DNA of 64,000 nt from Setoptus koraiensis (taxonomy: Eukaryota; Animalia; Arthropoda): NCBI GenBank assembly GCA_048013815.1, contig CM106585.1, positions 20,212,001-20,276,000 of the forward strand. The letters are read 5' to 3'. Within the stretch, counting starts at the first letter, position 1. Every line of letters starts with the position of its first letter. Shown one piece after another: positions 61,190-64,000 of this stretch. The notes under the pieces were generated by a model. The model had not been told where the DNA came from, searched no databases, and worked only from the letters and a program-made list of their open reading frames with translations. A program made the translations under genes and the position numbers.

Positions 61190-64000
61190 TTAACGATGAT
61201 TGGATGCCATCATAACGCTATTTGCAAAAGGTCGCGCTCTTTGTGGCTTTCTTCCGTCTCTATTTCGTCTAGGTTTTTGTGCAAATGCAGATCCAGTTTC
61301 AAGGGCTTGAATGAGATTATCCATCACCTTACGATCGTCATCTCCGCGGCCTTCACTGGTAATATCTACAAATTGCAACTTACGTTGCCTCTCTATCTCT
61401 CGCTTTTCTTTCTCAATGTTGGCCCTTCGAATTTTTTCCTCTTGCTCCTTGAGCTTGGCATTCTCTTTGAGAGCTCCAATGAATTGATCTTTAAACATTT
61501 TGATATCACTAAAAAACTCGTCCATTGTAAACTTTTTGGGATCGAACACGTAGTAAGTTGAGAGATTCTGATACAACTTATCCATCTTGAGTAACATAGT
61601 TTGCAAAACTTTGTGCTCATCTTTAGCAAGAGCTAAAAACTCAGTCATGACTATTCCAAAGCGATCGTGTTCATTATGAGGCCGGAAATTCTTCAAATCT
61701 TTCTCCAAATCATTAATAGATTTTCTCATTGTATCTAATGACTTCTGCAATTGCTCTGGCGATATACGACTAGCACGATCTATTTGATGTATCTCCTCAT
61801 AGAAGTTTAGAGCTTCCGGGGCTTTTTCTTCGACAGTAGCTGCAAGGAAGTGTAATAATGTTGTTCTATTATCTTCTGCTTTAGTAGTGACTAGCTTTGG
61901 CAAATAACTTATTTCAAAACCTATCGCTTGGCCACGCTGTGAGCCTGAATTAAGACAATTTCCAATCAACAATACATATTTTAGGATAGTAGAAAATTTC
62001 TTTGACTTTTTGATTTCTTCACAAGCTGCCGTAGCTGCGGCTATTTCAGGTTTTATATCATTGACTATTTCTTCGAATCTCAACTTGAATATTATAGATG
62101 TTAGCCGGGGTTCTAAGCGTTTTATTGCCCCGAGGTTTAGAGCAAACTGTTCGGCTTCATGGAGTTCCTTTATCTGATCGCGATAGCCCTCGAGTCTCAT
62201 AAGTTGCCCTTGTTGGGGCATATACCTTATTAATTGTTGGAGAATGGCTGCATCTAAATATTGTTCATTTACGGATATTATATGATTAGCAATATCTTCG
62301 GCTGATAATTTACTTGATCCCAGAGTTATCATAAGATTCTGCGCTGCTTTCTGGTCCAGCACTTTGAGCTCCTTTGACCTTTTGAGAGTAGCCGTATTTT
62401 CAACTCTTCTGTGACTTTCTTGTCGTTGTATTCTAGATTTTGGATCAGAAGAGAACTTAGTAGACAATGCATCAAGTATATCATCTGTTGCTAGTTCTGT
62501 TTCATCAACATGAACCCAAAAGGCTTTTTCAGTAAGATTATGCAGAGATATTTTTTTCCAGTTTGTTCGTTTAACCGGTGTCTTGAGATCCCATTTTGGC
62601 TTGGGTTTCATCCCGAATGGCATATGTTCCGGATCTTGCTGACTATTGGAACCTGGAGTTCCATAACCTGGCATTGGTGGTGGCCCCATGGCACCTCCTG
62701 GAGGTGGAGGTGGTGGAGGCGGTGGAGGACCTATGGAACCGGGTGGTCCATTTGAAAAGTTTGGCATCGGAGGTGGTGGAGGGGGAGGCGGAGGCGGAGG
62801 CCCGGCTGGACTCATACCAAATTGCGGCGGGGGTGGTGGCGGCGGTGGAGGTGGCGGTGGTAAAACTGAGTTTGGTACATTAATATTTTGAGCCTTGTTG
62901 TTTAAATTCTCTGAACCATTTGTAATGGTAGGTCCATTTGTTATTTGATTGTGTTTTGGTGGTGTAGGTGGATTCTGGATATATTGTTTGGCGCTGAGAG
63001 CCTGAGACAATTGAGCATTTTTTGCCTCGATCACCTTCATATTCTCACTTAGAGAGTCTAATCTGGCTTCTAGATCCTCTTTTTCTGTAAGTGCTTCTTC
63101 TAATTTTCTGCCCAACTCAGATGAAATCATCTGTTCTTCAAGTTCTGATACGATGTTGTCAACTTCAATCTTGAATCTTTTGGTGTAACTGAAATCCGGG
63201 TCGAGACCGTTCTTATGAAGTACTATTTGTGAAATGCATTCCTCAATCAGCTTATAATAAGCAGGTCGCGCATATGGATCGTCTCGTATCAAGAGAAGAT
63301 GTTGTAACATGGATAATAGATGACACTCTGCCGGTGTTTCTCGAAGAGAACTGAGCAATAAACTAAAGCACTCTGTCGGATCATCCATTTCAAAACGAAT
63401 ATATCCGAACCTTTGCTTGAGTTCCTCGAAATCCTCCTCTTTCGCATTGATGAATATTTTCGTTTGGAGAGCCAAATTATTGGAAATTGTCGGTAGCTGC
63501 TCTCCAGCTCTGTTAGCCGATCCCGTTCTGATTGTTCCAAATTGCGGACCATCATTGAGCTGATCTACTGCAGATATATCTTTGGAAAATTTCTCTAATA
63601 GTGTACCAAGCCCACATCTAATGATTTCGTTTCTCAGATGAAGTCTGAAATCTAAATCATCAACACTGGACAATAAGGCGTTAATGAGTTGCATACAAGA
63701 TATCACTAATGAATTGTTGTCGGATATCATCAATCCAGCAATGATCTGTGAGAATCTCTCACGACATTCCAATTCTGAAATAATTGTCAATGCTTCAAGG
63801 ACTTTCTCGTGTCCAGAAGGAGGCACCAAACTCACGGCGGCCATCAATTTGACGGCGTCCATCATAACATCAGGATAATTAACATCTATACTGCGGGCGA
63901 GTATTGTCAAAGCTTCAGGATGATCGAACATTTGTTTCAAACCAAACGAGTTGTTCATGAAAGCCTTGAGACATTTTATACATTCCAATTGAAGCTCATG
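61190..64000 (-). CDS. dia: Diaphanous-related formin (5' partial: GBD/FH3, FH1, FH2, DAD)
   Basis: ECIKCLKAFMNN (frame open to the window edge), poly-Pro FH1, FH2 with AQNLMITL, GNCLNSG, GFEISYLPKLV and TLLHFL, and DAD-like VMDNLIQALETGSAF..RR. Confidence 0.93.
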   Translation of the reverse strand, partial: HELQLECIKCLKAFMNNSFGLKQMFDHPEALTILARSIDVNYPDVMMDAVKLMAAVSLVPPSGHEKVLEALTIISELECRERFSQIIAGLMISDNNSLVISCMQLINALLSSVDDLDFRLHLRNEIIRCGLGTLLEKFSKDISAVDQLNDGPQFGTIRTGSANRAGEQLPTISNNLALQTKIFINAKEEDFEELKQRFGYIRFEMDDPTECFSLLLSSLRETPAECHLLSMLQHLLLIRDDPYARPAYYKLIEECISQIVLHKNGLDPDFSYTKRFKIEVDNIVSELEEQMISSELGRKLEEALTEKEDLEARLDSLSENMKVIEAKNAQLSQALSAKQYIQNPPTPPKHNQITNGPTITNGSENLNNKAQNINVPNSVLPPPPPPPPPPPPQFGMSPAGPPPPPPPPPPPMPNFSNGPPGSIGPPPPPPPPPPGGAMGPPPMPGYGTPGSNSQQDPEHMPFGMKPKPKWDLKTPVKRTNWKKISLHNLTEKAFWVHVDETELATDDILDALSTKFSSDPKSRIQRQESHRRVENTATLKRSKELKVLDQKAAQNLMITLGSSKLSAEDIANHIISVNEQYLDAAILQQLIRYMPQQGQLMRLEGYRDQIKELHEAEQFALNLGAIKRLEPRLTSIIFKLRFEEIVNDIKPEIAAATAACEEIKKSKKFSTILKYVLLIGNCLNSGSQRGQAIGFEISYLPKLVTTKAEDNRTTLLHFLAATVEEKAPEALNFYEEIHQIDRASRISPEQLQKSLDTMRKSINDLEKDLKNFRPHNEHDRFGIVMTEFLALAKDEHKVLQTMLLKMDKLYQNLSTYYVFDPKKFTMDEFFSDIKMFKDQFIGALKENAKLKEQEEKIRRANIEKEKREIERQRKLQFVDITSEGRGDDDRKVMDNLIQALETGSAFAQKPRRNRDGRKPQRARPFANSVMMASNHR

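Noticed and set aside
22140-63988. TTG/GTG starts in the ORF track (22140, 27683, 52922, 57965, 63988)
   Set aside because: Eukaryotic context: in-frame ATGs or splice acceptors explain these genes, and dia continues beyond the window.

Overview
Eukaryotic genomic DNA from an intron-poor, compact-genome arthropod; inferred to be a chelicerate or mite, possibly eriophyoid-like. Evidence is GT-AG introns, a metazoan gene set, AATAAA signals next to stop codons and many intronless conserved genes. The window alternates between two kinds of territory. Repeat-rich low-complexity domains surround a giant three-exon tetraspanin (about 2,126 aa, 3.3-10.7 kb) and an NR4A/Hr38 nuclear receptor that has a DNA-binding domain but no ligand-binding domain (51.4-56.3 kb, with about 15 kb of upstream non-coding DNA). 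Gene-dense AT-rich islands hold a two-repeat mini-filamin, short UTP11, truncated AlaRS, an NVL-like AAA ATPase, COA8, a PC1/3 convertase with a ~310-aa insert, CDK8, ALG9, minimal KSR, U3 snoRNA, NOP10, NSUN5, TACO1, an orphan secreted protein, SUFU and a diaphanous formin that runs off the window end. The strongest candidates for novelty are the giant tetraspanin with a polybasic ~670-aa extracellular loop, the LBD-less Hr38, the editing-domain-less AlaRS, the U3-to-NOP10 continuous reading frame and the orphan secreted protein. All family assignments come from motif recognition by eye; no database searches were run.
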